The notes under the pieces are model-generated. The model saw nothing but the letters and a program-made list of their open reading frames with translations. It was not told where the DNA came from and searched no databases. 64,000 nt of DNA from the NCBI GenBank assembly GCA_903813345.2, contig CAIIXF020000001.1, positions 34,844,001-34,908,000 of the forward strand. The letters run 5' to 3'. Made by a program: the position numbers and the translations under genes. Positions 1 to 11,011 of the stretch are shown here, piece by piece. Positions within the stretch are counted from its first letter, which is position 1. Every line of letters starts with the position of its first letter. The DNA is from Owenia fusiformis. Its lineage: Eukaryota.

Positions 1-779
1 AACACCATTGGGATTAGCTAAAAGTGTTCAGGTGTTCAAATTTCGAGGTTTTGCATTCACGAGACTCTGGATTTTGAAGAAATGTGAACAAATTCTCAAT
101 AAATATTTATAGTTACTTTGACCACATAGCTTTATGGCATTCCAGTCATTTGAAAATTTGATTCAAATGAATTTAGTCATGCTGGAAAGACCCATTATTT
201 AAACATGGGGGTCAATGGGAGGAAAAATGGGAGCGAAAAAAGTGTTCAGACTGGGGGTGTTCTGATTAGCCAGGTGTTCGGATATACAGGTTTTACATAT
301 ATTAGACACAAAATATGTAGTTATGTTTTGTTACTATTTGTACATAAATCTTATCAGTTAAAATATGTCATTGATTAGTCAAAGCAATTAACATGATTCA
401 CAACATTAGCTGTGTTTACCTCAGATAACTCTTGAGTTATACATAATATACGTCTATACGTAATATATAAATATGATCTAAAAAGACCAGTAAATCAAAA
501 TGTCAGTATAGCATACTTAGATATCATATATTTGAAATTCATTTTACACTTTGGCACATTAGGGCAGAATCCTGCTTGAATATCAAATGAAAAATGTGAC
601 TTAAGCACTAATTTGGTTGTATTATTTGAAGTAACAATTTGAAGATAGTGCAATTATGGCTGCTGAGGCTGACTTTCATTTAGTATACATTATATGATGA
701 CAAGAGCTTCCTATATTAAAAAAACAATAAATAGTATGGTGGGTACTGGGCTCACATGGTGTTGCTCAAAAGTGAATGA

Positions 780-1315
780 TGGCTAAAATGGCCGAAAAAA
801 ATGGATGTAATTTTTGACGATTTTTTGTAACAAAATTATTTCATACAACTACTCTTTAGAGTGACATGGCTTTTTACAATGCAGGACACCTGAAATTATT
901 TGTAAAGGTAGGAAATGGGCCACAAGTGAATTTCGCAAGACAAAAATGGCGACCATTTTGAATTTAGGCGAGCTTTTGAACCAGAAGTCATAATATATAT
1001 ATAGTCTCAATAAAATTAAGAAATGGGCCACAAGTGAATTTCGCAAGACAAAAATGGCGGCCATTTTGAAAATAGGCGAGCTTTTGAACCAGGAGTCATA
1101 AGGGAGTTTTCTGTATTGATGTTGAACAAATAACTTAAATAACTTAAAACAGGAATCCTATCGGCAGAGGTTTTGAGGCAAATGGTCCAAAAGTGGATTT
1201 CGTGAGACATATGGACAAATCAATGTTAACTAAAATGGCTGAAAATAAAAAAAATGGATATAAATATTTGCCGATTTTTTTGTAACAAAATTATAACTCT
1301 TTACAGTGACATGGG
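780..1315. repeat. Local tandem/dispersed duplications (~108-bp unit at ~912 and ~1020; block 783-890 repeated at ~1230-1312)
   Basis: GAAATGGGCCACAAGTGAATTTCGCAAGACAAAAATGGCG occurs twice; this explains the repetitive ORF at 849..1064. Confidence 0.75.
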
Positions 1316-1510
1316 AGTCTTCAAGGTATCGATTCACATTTAATGTATGCTAATTGTTTTGGGCCTTTGAGATCTCCAGATCAATTTTGCCTGTAAAATG
1401 CATTTTGTATTTTGTATCATTTGAAACTTACTTCAACCATCATTATAAGATAGATAGATGTCAATTTATTGCAGAAAATACAAATAAAATATCATCAAAC
1501 ATCATTTTTC

Positions 1511-2045
1511 AACTAGAAAACACCAACTCCACGGAGTAGCAAATCCCAATGAACACTATAACATATACGAATCTGTATTTGTCACAGAAAATATAAACAT
1601 TAGAAAAATTAGAGATATCAGAATTTCTACCAATTTTAAAAGCATTTGGTTGATCATTTAAAGGCACAAAGATACAATACAATAAAGATACAATATTTGC
1701 AATCTACTCTAAATTGCCTTTCATTTGAGTATAATAAAACTATACTTCAGAAAGATCTCAAAATTAACGCAAATTCCTGTTGGCAGCCATTTAGAATTCT
1801 GAGGCACAAATCAGAAAGACAATACCATAGTAATGATCTACCCTAAACTTCCTTCAATTTGAGTATAATATAGCCATACATTAAAGGGATCAGAAAATTA
1901 TTGCGAAATCTCACATAAGGTGACCATTTTTACGAGACTCAAATTACAAAACCAATGCGATATTTGCAATCTACTCTAAATTGCCTTTCATTTGAGTATA
2001 ATAAAGCTATACTTTAGAAATATCTCAAAATTAAGGCAAATTCCC
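1511..2045 (-). mobile_element. 3' end plus internal repeats of a HINE-type element
   Basis: 1511-1550 is the reverse complement of the 57875-57916 terminus; duplicated block at ~1690-1780 and ~1960-2045. Confidence 0.6.
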
Positions 2046-3999
2046 ATTTTCCCGACCCTCCCCACCATACATGGCCCTTGGGGTCATGGTGAAAAATTCG
2101 GAGTATATATGAAATAGATAGATGGTGTGAATATACTACCTAAAGGATCTGTACCTATTAGTGTACCTATAAGAACTTAGAAAATTATTGAAAAGGGTAA
2201 AATGGAATTCCAGAATTATTTTTATGCAATTTGAATCTTTATTAAGTATATTTTCAACAAATCATAAAAATAGTGTGGAATATATGGTAAAAAGGTGTTT
2301 TTAACAGTGGTTCTAAACACATGTCATGTTGACTCTTCAAATGAGTAATTTTGACATATTTTCACAAAACCTTGATTAAAATCTTGGGTTTTGTAGATAG
2401 ACTTAATTTCACCTGTCAATATAAGAACTACAATGTGTCCTGATCTACAAAGCTTCATTTCAAGTGCCATTCATGCATAAATAGTTAGTAATCCTATTGA
2501 ATTGAAAGACACCCTATTGTGTTTTTGTTGTAAACAGTGAATGACCTTCTCCATTCATTGACAGATTGAGGCACTTCCACAAACCAGACCCCCTCTAAAT
2601 TTACCTTTATTGTTTAGTATTGACACTATTTTATAATTCAAACATGAAATAAGAGAGGGTCCTAAGTGTGGAAGATACACAATATGAAAGTATAACAAAA
2701 ATTTTAGTTTTAAAATGGAGGCCATATTGAAATTGCCATTATAGTCAAGAATCCATTCTGCCTTGAATGTATTGCTTGAGGAAGATGCAACACAAAACCT
2801 TCTACGAAAATAGAAAATCTTATTTGGAAAGACATTCTGAACTGAACCTTGCAACAAACTCTGTCATTTACTATAACGATTGTGTCAACGTATTACGCCA
2901 CAGAGACATCCAACCCGGGTTCCCATAGATAATTCTGAACACCATGTTCAAACCTCTAAACAGACATGTATTCAATTATCAATGATAACAAGATCAAAGG
3001 AAACATGTGTCATTTGCAATAAAGCAATTAAATCACCGGTAACTTAAAATATGTTTTTCAAAAATCTGTTCATGGGGTATACTATTAGAACATGTGATAT
3101 GTAAGCAATGAGCCTGATAATCAAAAAAATGTTTCGTATTAGTCATTTGTTTGAATGGATATTGCTTGTTAAAGTGTTCATATGAAATAAACTAAGACCA
3201 TTATGTCATCTGTCATTGTTTTAATATCTTTCACAATGCCAAATGAAAACATAATGCAATGGAAAGTCTCAACTAGATTTAGCTTGAATTTAGGTTTTGT
3301 ATTTTCAACTGTTGCTCTTTGTGTTCTACCTATCTTTGTATTCTATCTTTAATGATGTTTTGACATATATAATAGTATCTAGGTTGAATACCTAGGTTAA
3401 AGCTACAGTATTTACAATAAGGGTGATCATGGTACTTGTTCAGAACACATTTAATAAGGTTCATTTTACCATATGATATATTCTTTTTAGGGTTTATTTT
3501 AGAATTTGTGTTTTCAGTATGTTGCCATTTGTGTCCCACCTTAATGATATTTTAATATACCCTCTTGTTTGAATACCTACTGTATATCAACTGAGGTGAT
3601 CATGGTACTCTTGTTGAGAACACTTTTATTAAGGTTCATTTTTTCAAAAGATATATTAAGTTTTTAGTTTTTTTTATAATATGTGTTTTCAATATGTTGC
3701 CCTTTGTGTTCTACCTGAACGATGTTCTGATATATCGATTGAGGAATGGTCAACATACTTAAAATGATCATGATTGAAGACTAACATACCCCTAAATGAT
3801 ATTTAGAATGATTTGGGTTGTCAAACTTAAATGCACTGAATGACCTTAGTTTTAATCCAAATGACCTAATTTCATTTTTGATGTGTTCATAATTGATAAA
3901 AGTAACTATTTCCATATTATTTTCAATGAAACCTTTGGGGGCACTTTCAGGTACATTAGGTAACGGATCCTTTCAAACAATAACATTTATTACATTTTT

Positions 4000-4170
4000 A
4001 AAGCGGCGGCCATCTTGGAAATTTTTTTGTTGCATACAACTATTCACCAGTATACATCTTTCCACCAAATATGAAGAAAATCCATCTGCTAGTATTCGAG
4101 TTATCTTCCGGATGGACAGACTGACAGATGGATGGAGGGCTTCACTATATCGCTACCGAACATAAGATCC
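4000..4170 (-). mobile_element. 5' part of a HINE-type element
   Basis: Minus strand reads GTTCGGTAGCGATATAG...CCATCCATCTGTCAGTCTGTCC...GATAACTCGAATACTAGCAGATGGATTT, similar to 56720-56840. Confidence 0.55.
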
Positions 4171-4450
4171 AGAGAGCAATTTTCTAGCAACACCATTCTT
4201 ACATAGTTAAACGAACCGATGTTTTTACATATTGACCTCAAGCTTTGTATTCTTGAATGTTTTTTCAGTATTTTGCCTAACTTATCTGTGCCCAAAACCA
4301 AAAACAGGTGAACCCTGAGTGTCAGACCCTTGTTATCTCTCTTTAAAAGTAGCAAAATCAACGGGTCTTCAATATTAGGATCATAAAAAAAATTTGAGCT
4401 TAATTATTATAAAGAGTTCAAGCAAGTGTTGTAAATAACAAGACACTTAC

Positions 4451-4668
4451 TTATGAAAGTATCCGTAACATCTGCATCTTCAGTAGTTAGAATATACAGC
4501 TGTAAAACCAGCTGTGGAGCTGCCTCCATGAAACATTCAAACAGCCTAAGAAGGGTCCCATCAGCATCTTCATATAGCATTTGCTTATACAAATACTTTT
4601 TCTTGCGTCTTTCCTCATTGATACTTACATGTCGACTCTTGATGCCAAATATGAGAGAGTCTATATAT
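4451..4668 (-). CDS. XK-related protein, coding exon 2; later exon(s) not identified, probably left of the window
   Basis: TTTCCAG acceptor (4669-4670) and GTAAGT donor (4450). Reads (R)YIDSLIFG...MLYEDADGTLLRLFECFMEAAPQLVLQLYIL, the hallmark XK-family motif. Confidence 0.92.
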
Positions 4669-4737
4669 CTGGAAATGAGATTCATTATTTTATTAATCAA
4701 AAGTCAAAGAAATTTTCAAGGATAAATCAGTTATTAA

Positions 4738-5569
4738 AAGCCCCATGTAAAGTTTAAACCACTTTGGCTTATATTGTAGTCTTACCCAATGTTATCAAAG
4801 TGTGATATGTGAAACTTTTTTTTTTAATTTCAAAAAGTGGTTTTTGATAGACTTTTTGTTCCAAAATTTGTGAATTTATTTAAAACCAACTTTTAGAGGT
4901 CACTCATATATTCTAATTAGCCACAATTCATACCAGTGCATAGCATACATCCTCCCATGTTTTTTGCCGAAAAAAATAAGAAAATCGGTTGATAAACAAG
5001 CGAGAAATGAACTTATCAGTGCATGAAAATGGTTCTGAGAAAAATGCATTTCAAAATTTTAGTTCTCATAGAAACCAATGGTACAATGATATTTAAAACA
5101 TAATTTATTCTTCCTTTTAACCTGGTTAGACAATCAATATTGTTTTTTTATGAAAGTCTAGCATATTTACAAAAGATTGACATCGAAAAAAAAAATTCAA
5201 TTTTTTTCAAAAAGTTTTTGTTACCTGAGTGACATCACTGATGTTTCAAAATATTTTTGATAAGCTAAAACATTGAAGTGGCCCATTAAATATGACATTT
5301 TATTATTGAAATAGTGTGTCTTTTGTTCAATCTTTGCATTGGTGTTAAAAATATAATCTTTTTTGAAATGCATTAAGAAATATTTGATGATTAAGAAATT
5401 TCAACTTTTTTTGAAAAATGGCGGGAAATTTGAATATTTGAGAATTGAAATGCTCACAACTTTTTTTTCAAAAAAAATTTTTGTTCAAAAATCTCTAAAA
5501 TCTCTTTTTAAGTCCTGACAAATAGTAAATGAATGATAAAAAAATATTTTCAAACTTTAGACGGGGACT
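4738..5569 (+). mobile_element. Non-autonomous TTAA-targeting DNA element (Kolobok-like), copy 1, in Xkr intron 1
   Basis: TTAA on both sides; imperfect TIR AAGCCCCATGTAAAGTTT / AAACTTTAGACGGGGACT; highly similar inverted copy at 25060-25879. Confidence 0.8.
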
Positions 5570-5573
5570 TTAA

Positions 5574-6121
5574 AGGTTGCTCCATATATGTTATCAGTTC
5601 AGCAGTATCTTTATCTATATTCAACTTATGAACAAATGATTTTCACATGTTTTCAGCATAACTCTGAGTCTGATGGTACTAATGAGATCTGGATCATCCG
5701 ATGTATTTTGTCTTTTTAATTTTTTTCAAAAAATAATGTTTAAATTTTTTGTCCGCTGTGACAGGGCAGTTTCAAATGTGAAATACATTGATTTATGAAC
5801 TATATTTTACAACAACACTTTAGAGGAATACTTATCATAATTGGGAAAGAGGTTTGACACGTTCTCTCATCTAAAGTGCAGTAAAAGATAATGAAACTTT
5901 AATTCTGAATTTCTTAACGTAGTTCAAATTTGAAACTGCTACACAGCGGACAAAAAAATTAAACACTAATTTTTATGAAAAAAATTAAAAAGAAATGTAC
6001 ATCCAGATCTTATTAATACCTTCAGATTTATACTGAAAACATATGTAAATATCATTGTGTTACTTTATCATGCCATTAAAAAGTTAAAAAAGAAATGGAA
6101 CATTTTAGAGTATGGTGCCCT
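5574..6121. mobile_element. Foldback MITE-like element
   Basis: Arms ~5640-5790 and ~5915-6055 are imperfect reverse complements; begins directly after the TTAA of the neighbouring element. Ends approximate. Confidence 0.55.
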
Positions 6122-6139
6122 GGCGTCGTTTTCAATAGC

Positions 6140-6745
6140 TTTTACACCTAGCACTTCGAGAGCCATGTTAGATTTTGAAACTTGGCTCTCCAACGGAGAA
6201 ATGGACAGCTGAATAATAATGACCTTTGAAACACGAATGAAGATGATCGGTGGCTTACTTTTGTTGTCTAACTATGTCATACATCATTATCATCCTTCTG
6301 TGCAAGTATTGGAGCACTGAAGTACTTCCTTTTCGATCAAGACTTGTAATTGTTAGTCGAGTGAATGTTTTTTCTGCCATTCCAATATGGCGTTTTCTGC
6401 TCGGACATTTTCGTAAATCTCCGGAGGTTGTCTGAACCTAACTCATTCTCAAAATTCATTTCGTTCGTTGCGTATCTCAGTCCTAGCAAACCGCCATATT
6501 GGAAATGGGTTGAAAAAACATTCACTCGATGAACAATTTACAAGTCTTGATCGAAAAAGAAGTATTTCAGCGCTCCAATACTTGCACGGATGGATGACGC
6601 TGATGTAAGACACAGTTAGTGACCAAAAGTAAGCCGCTGATCTCATTATTCATGTTTTAAAGGTCACTATTATTCAGCTGTCCAGTGCGCCGTGGGAAAG
6701 CTATTATATCAAAATCCAAATAGCTTTCGCAGGAAGTAAACCTAG
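6140..6745. mobile_element. Foldback (palindromic) MITE-like element
   Basis: Long inverted arms, e.g. TGGACAGCTGAATAATA ... TATTATTCAGCTGTCCA, around a short centre near 6440. Ends approximate. Confidence 0.65.
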
Positions 6746-7274
6746 CGTTATTGGATTTCATACAGAAGTGAAGGTTGCACCCCGGGGGTTGCGCACAAAT
6801 GTTATACCAATTGCATTGCATAAATTGTGAAGTTTTCTTAGTGTTTTTATGAAAAATAGCATGCTCCATCACTGCACAGCAGACAACTCGTTCGATACCT
6901 GCCTGTGTTCTTGTCCACTCTTTCTTTCTATCCAGTAAGCACTTTTATGCTGCTTGATTAGTCTTTATGTACTTTTTTGACACTTATTACTGGCACAGCG
7001 TTACTTTTTCACTTGTTACTTTAATGTGGCTTATTGTGGCTGGCATTTTAATGTTTATATTTCAGATTTTCTAAAGTTGATATGTTTTTTTTGTGTTTTT
7101 TACGACTGGTTTATTTACACTATATACACTGTCGATTCTCCTAGAATCTCTTAGAGTCTCTTAAACTCAAAATCCACAAAAACTTTACAAGCCCAAACGA
7201 GACCCTATCTGTTGCAAGACTAACGCCTGGCATAACCGTCACCATGTTATTCAGTGTTTTTAAGTAGCGCAAGG

Positions 7275-7960
7275 ATCCTGCCATGACCGTGGTAATGTTA
7301 TCGTGAAAGCCTGGTATAACCGCAACAACGCTGTATTATATTGCAATGCCTGCCATGACCGTGACAATGTAATATAGTTCTGCAAGGCTTGGCATGACCA
7401 TGACAATGTAATATAGTACTGCAAGGCCTGGCATGACCGTGACAATGTAATATACTGTAGTACTGCAAGGCCTGGCATGACCGTGATAATGTTATATAGT
7501 TCTGCAAGGCCTGGCATGACCACGACAATGTAATATAATATTGCAAGTTCAGGTATGAGAGTGGTAATGTAGAAATTTACGATTAGGACTGCTATAACCG
7601 TGACAATGTGTATTGCAACGCCTGGCATGACCATGGCAATGTAATATAGTTCTGCAAGGCCTGGCATGGCCGTGACAATGTAATATAGTATTGCAAGGCT
7701 TGGTATGACCGCCGTGGCAATGTGATATTATAGTATTCCAAGTTCGGGTATGAGAGTGGTAATGTAGAAATTTATGATTGCAACAAGTGACCGTGACAAT
7801 GTGTATTTCAAAACCTGGCATGACCGTGACAATGTATTATGGGATCGCAAAGCCTGGAATGACCGTGACAATGATTATGTAATATAGTATTGCAAGGCCA
7901 GGTATGAGGGTGGTAATGTAGAAATTTAGGCTTAATCCTACTATGACTGTTATAATGTAT
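7275..7960. repeat. 39-bp minisatellite (GCAAGGCCTGGCATGACCGTGACAATGTAATATAGTACT) with higher-order variants
   Basis: Direct tandem units; a variant unit GTATGAG(A/G)GTGGTAATGTAGAAATTTA recurs at ~7553, ~7748 and ~7902. Confidence 0.9.
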
Positions 7961-8311
7961 TGCAATGATTAGTAAATATGTTAGCCAAAATATGTATGAC
8001 ATTAATGCCAGGAATATCCTTAACAATTTTAAGTGATCGTCATTACAATTAAACAGTTTAATACTATGATCATGGTGTTTAACTACCTTAATCATGTCAA
8101 AATCAAAATAACTACTGTACATTAATATTCACATTCGCTTATAAACCACAATAAAGGCTACGGTCGCACCAGGCTTCCACAATAACACTTCCAGGGTCAT
8201 GACAGGCCTTGCAATATAATAGAGCGTTGTCACGGTTGCCAGGCTTACACGATACGATAACACTACCATGGTCATGGCAGGATCCTTGCGCTACTTAAAA
8301 ACACTGATTAA

Positions 8312-8713
8312 GGTACATCTGGAAAGTAACATTTTGGTAAAAAATTGCTATACCTGCACATGTTATTTTCTGGTACGAAATAAAGTATGAAGGCATGTGT
8401 CAATTTCCTTGCTTTTTTCAGGAAAGTATCATTACATTGTCTTCTTTTAGAATATCTGGTAGGGGTTCAATGGGAACTCCAGGAAATTCTGATATTTCAC
8501 ACTTTCTATTTTTCCAAATTTTCTTTCAAAGTTTCCAGACAACACAGAAGCTTCCATTGAACTGTTTCCAGATATTCTAAAAGTAAACAGTGTAACGATA
8601 CTTTCCTGAAAAAAGCAAGGAAATACACACATGACTTCATACTTAATTTTGTACCAGAAAATAACATGTGCAGGTATAGCAATTTTACCAAAATGTTACT
8701 TTCCAGCTGAACC
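8312..8713. mobile_element. Foldback MITE with TTAA TSD (Kolobok-like GG...CC ends)
   Basis: Near-perfect ~170-bp arms; TTAA at 8308-8311 and 8714-8717; related partial copy at ~50309-50586. Confidence 0.85.
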
Positions 8714-8836
8714 TTAACATGGCGACGGTTGTGGCAGGCGTAAGTCTTGCAATAGATAGCATGTCGCCCAAACCCTTTCCATCGGGTCTTGGAATGGGGT
8801 CTTTTAAAGATTTATGATATACCTGTGCTTACTAAC

Positions 8837-9330
8837 CTCAATATTTGTCCCAGTTGTAGCATTAACAATATTGCACGTAAAACCCATTTCCACCTTGGTA
8901 TTATCTTAACTTTTGGCCTTTTCTTTTTGTGATGTCGATAATCCATAAGATACCAACGTAGACTCATTATACTCATTGTCAATGATGGAACTGTAATAAA
9001 TCCTACTGTCATACCAAAATAGCCCCAGAATCCCGCTCGATAATAAATTATGGCACAAAATATATCAGATCCAACATCGAACAAGAATGAAAGAATTGAA
9101 AAAACAGCAACTGCTCCGTCCAAATATGTATAGTCTAGATCTTCGGGCGTAGCATCTGTTTCATCAACTGATTTACGTGTCAAAGTTGGACTGTTGAATG
9201 AGTGAAATGATGCATCAACTTCATCCACCGCATGAAGTGGGATTTGTTCACAATCGGCGTCATAATCGTCCCATCGAGTGTGCAGAAATTTTTTCTGACT
9301 TTTGGGTTCCATCTTGCCGACTCTGAGCAT
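8837..9330 (-). CDS. XK-related protein (Xkr4/6/7-like phospholipid scramblase family), coding exon 1; start is ATG 9330 (MLRVGK) or ATG 9312 (MEPKSQ)
   Basis: ORF 8812..9369 has an acidic N-terminus followed by an XK-type TM region (FLFDVGSDIFCAIIYY...WGYFGMTVGFITVPSLTMSIMSLRWY...LQLGQILR). GTTAGT donor at 8836, phase 2, joins in frame to the exon at 4668. Confidence 0.88.
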
Positions 9331-9762
9331 TTCGTATCTAGTTTCCACAAAATGTAAACAATGACACAATGGTATTCTGATGTCAAGTACATGACATTTT
9401 TATTTTACATAAGTTAAAAATAGCTCGTTTAAACAAAACTGTAGCTCTATTTCAATAAATTAATTTAGAAATAAACAGTGGAAATTAAACACAAGATTGT
9501 CAATTACGCATGCGTATTAAGGATCCAAAGTTCAAACCCGCGAAATTTGAACTAACACAAGTTTGGGAAGTTTTCTTTTAGTGCTTTTATCGGCAGCAGA
9601 TTATAATGTTTGTATGTTAGAATGTGGTACAAATGTATACTTTTTGAAAATGCCATAAGCTAGCAAACAACATGGCAAGTTTAGAAATTGAATTTTACTT
9701 TCAATTTTGCTGTGAATGATATAAAGTCATAAAAAACAATATATGATAGGGATAAAGAGTCC

Positions 9763-10125
9763 ACCCGGTATGGCTCAGTGGCAGAGAGAGTCAAGGTTAC
9801 CAATGTCGCTTGGCCCCGGGTTCGATTCCCGGTTCAGACAAGTTTGTTTGTGCGTTATGTAATTCTGGGTGTTTGACTGAGTGGTTCACGACTCGTTATT
9901 AAGGCTGTGGTGTGTACCTGTATGTCTGTGTACCTTTGCACATAAAAGAAAACAGAGCTACTCCAAGGAGGGGTTTCTGGCTCTATCTTCGAGTGTAAAA
10001 TACAGAATATACTGTTTATATTCCATCCGAAAGTTATCGTCAGGCTTCGGGATAGGCTACATGATTAAAGATGGCTTACCACAATGCATGTCACCGTGAC
10101 ATGCAAGGGATCGGAGTGACTTGGA
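9763..10125 (+). mobile_element. tRNA-derived SINE
   Basis: Pol III A box TGGCTCAGTGG (9771-9781) and B box GGTTCGATTCC (9819-9829), followed by a non-tRNA body. 3' end approximate. Confidence 0.65.
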
Positions 10126-11011
10126 AACTACTGGAAATTTGGGTTTTATTGACCTTCTATGTTTACACGAGTGTTTTGTGGCGAACCACATAAAAACTTG
10201 CCATTGGACATTAAAGTTATAATTGTACTCTAAGATAACGGAGGTCTACAACATTTCTAAAAACAATACCCGTGATATTTCTGGATGGCAAGAAATAAAC
10301 TATATGTATTTTTTCAACGAGATGGAATGATGTTGTTTTCTTCGTCTAAGGAAGAAGCATGTCCCCGGACACGCGCCCCTCCACCCTCCCTCATTTGAAA
10401 CCAGGGATACGCCCCTCGCCTGTGTAGACTAACATATATTTTTATTACCTACAAAGAAACCCCTGGATGAACATTATTTCAGCTGATATTCCTCTTGAAA
10501 CTTGGTTAATCTTAAAAATCTGGGAAGTGGGACTCCCTTTAGAGAAGCTTTGAACTGAATTTACACTTCTTAATGCTGAAATTGATATTTTATCCATACA
10601 TTTTAAGAAAATAGGTATATCAAAGAAGATGTTAGCCAAATATTGACCTGATAGCTCAGAAAAAAGAAAAAATTTCTAATTTTCTCTCTACAGTCCTAGT
10701 TGCCCCTTTAATGGACCCATGTAAAGTTAAGCCACTTTGGCTTTTATAAAAATAATCTTACGCAATGTTATCAAAATGAGGTAAACTCCCCTCCAAAAGT
10801 TTGGCAACTGTGGACTATGTGTTAAAGCCTCTTTTTATATTGGCAATTTTAAAAAAATCATTTTTCGCCTCCTGTGTTATTTCAATGGGAGAGGTTTCAT
10901 GAAAAATAATTTTGACTTTGGAGACTTATAACTTTGTTAAACCTGAAGAATATATCAATATTTGTTAAACAAAGTTCAACATTCAATCGGATGAATGAAT
11001 ATCTTTTCATA

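Larger units (their letters stand above)
7198..8766. mobile_element. TIR element (CGA...TCG ends, 6-bp TSD CCCAAA) carrying an internal 39-bp minisatellite; right TIR interrupted by a MITE
   Basis: TSD at 7192-7197 and 8767-8772; TIR CGAGACCCTATCTGTTGCAAG / CTTGCAATAGATAGCATGTCG, with inverted similarity extending over 100 bp. Confidence 0.8.

Noticed and set aside
2555..2857. 100-aa minus-strand ORF as Xkr exon 3
   Set aside because: No XK-family motifs or matching phase-1 acceptor recognised.
7260..7960. CRISPR-like array, or His/Cys-rich repeat proteins (ORFs 7260..7667, 7298..7546, 7549..7821)
   Set aside because: Units are contiguous with no unique spacers and no cas genes. The 39-bp period creates 13-aa repeats in several frames, and the array lies inside a TIR element in an intron.
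9763..9835. tRNA gene
   Set aside because: A and B boxes are present, but there is no convincing cloverleaf and a long body follows; SINE head is the better explanation.
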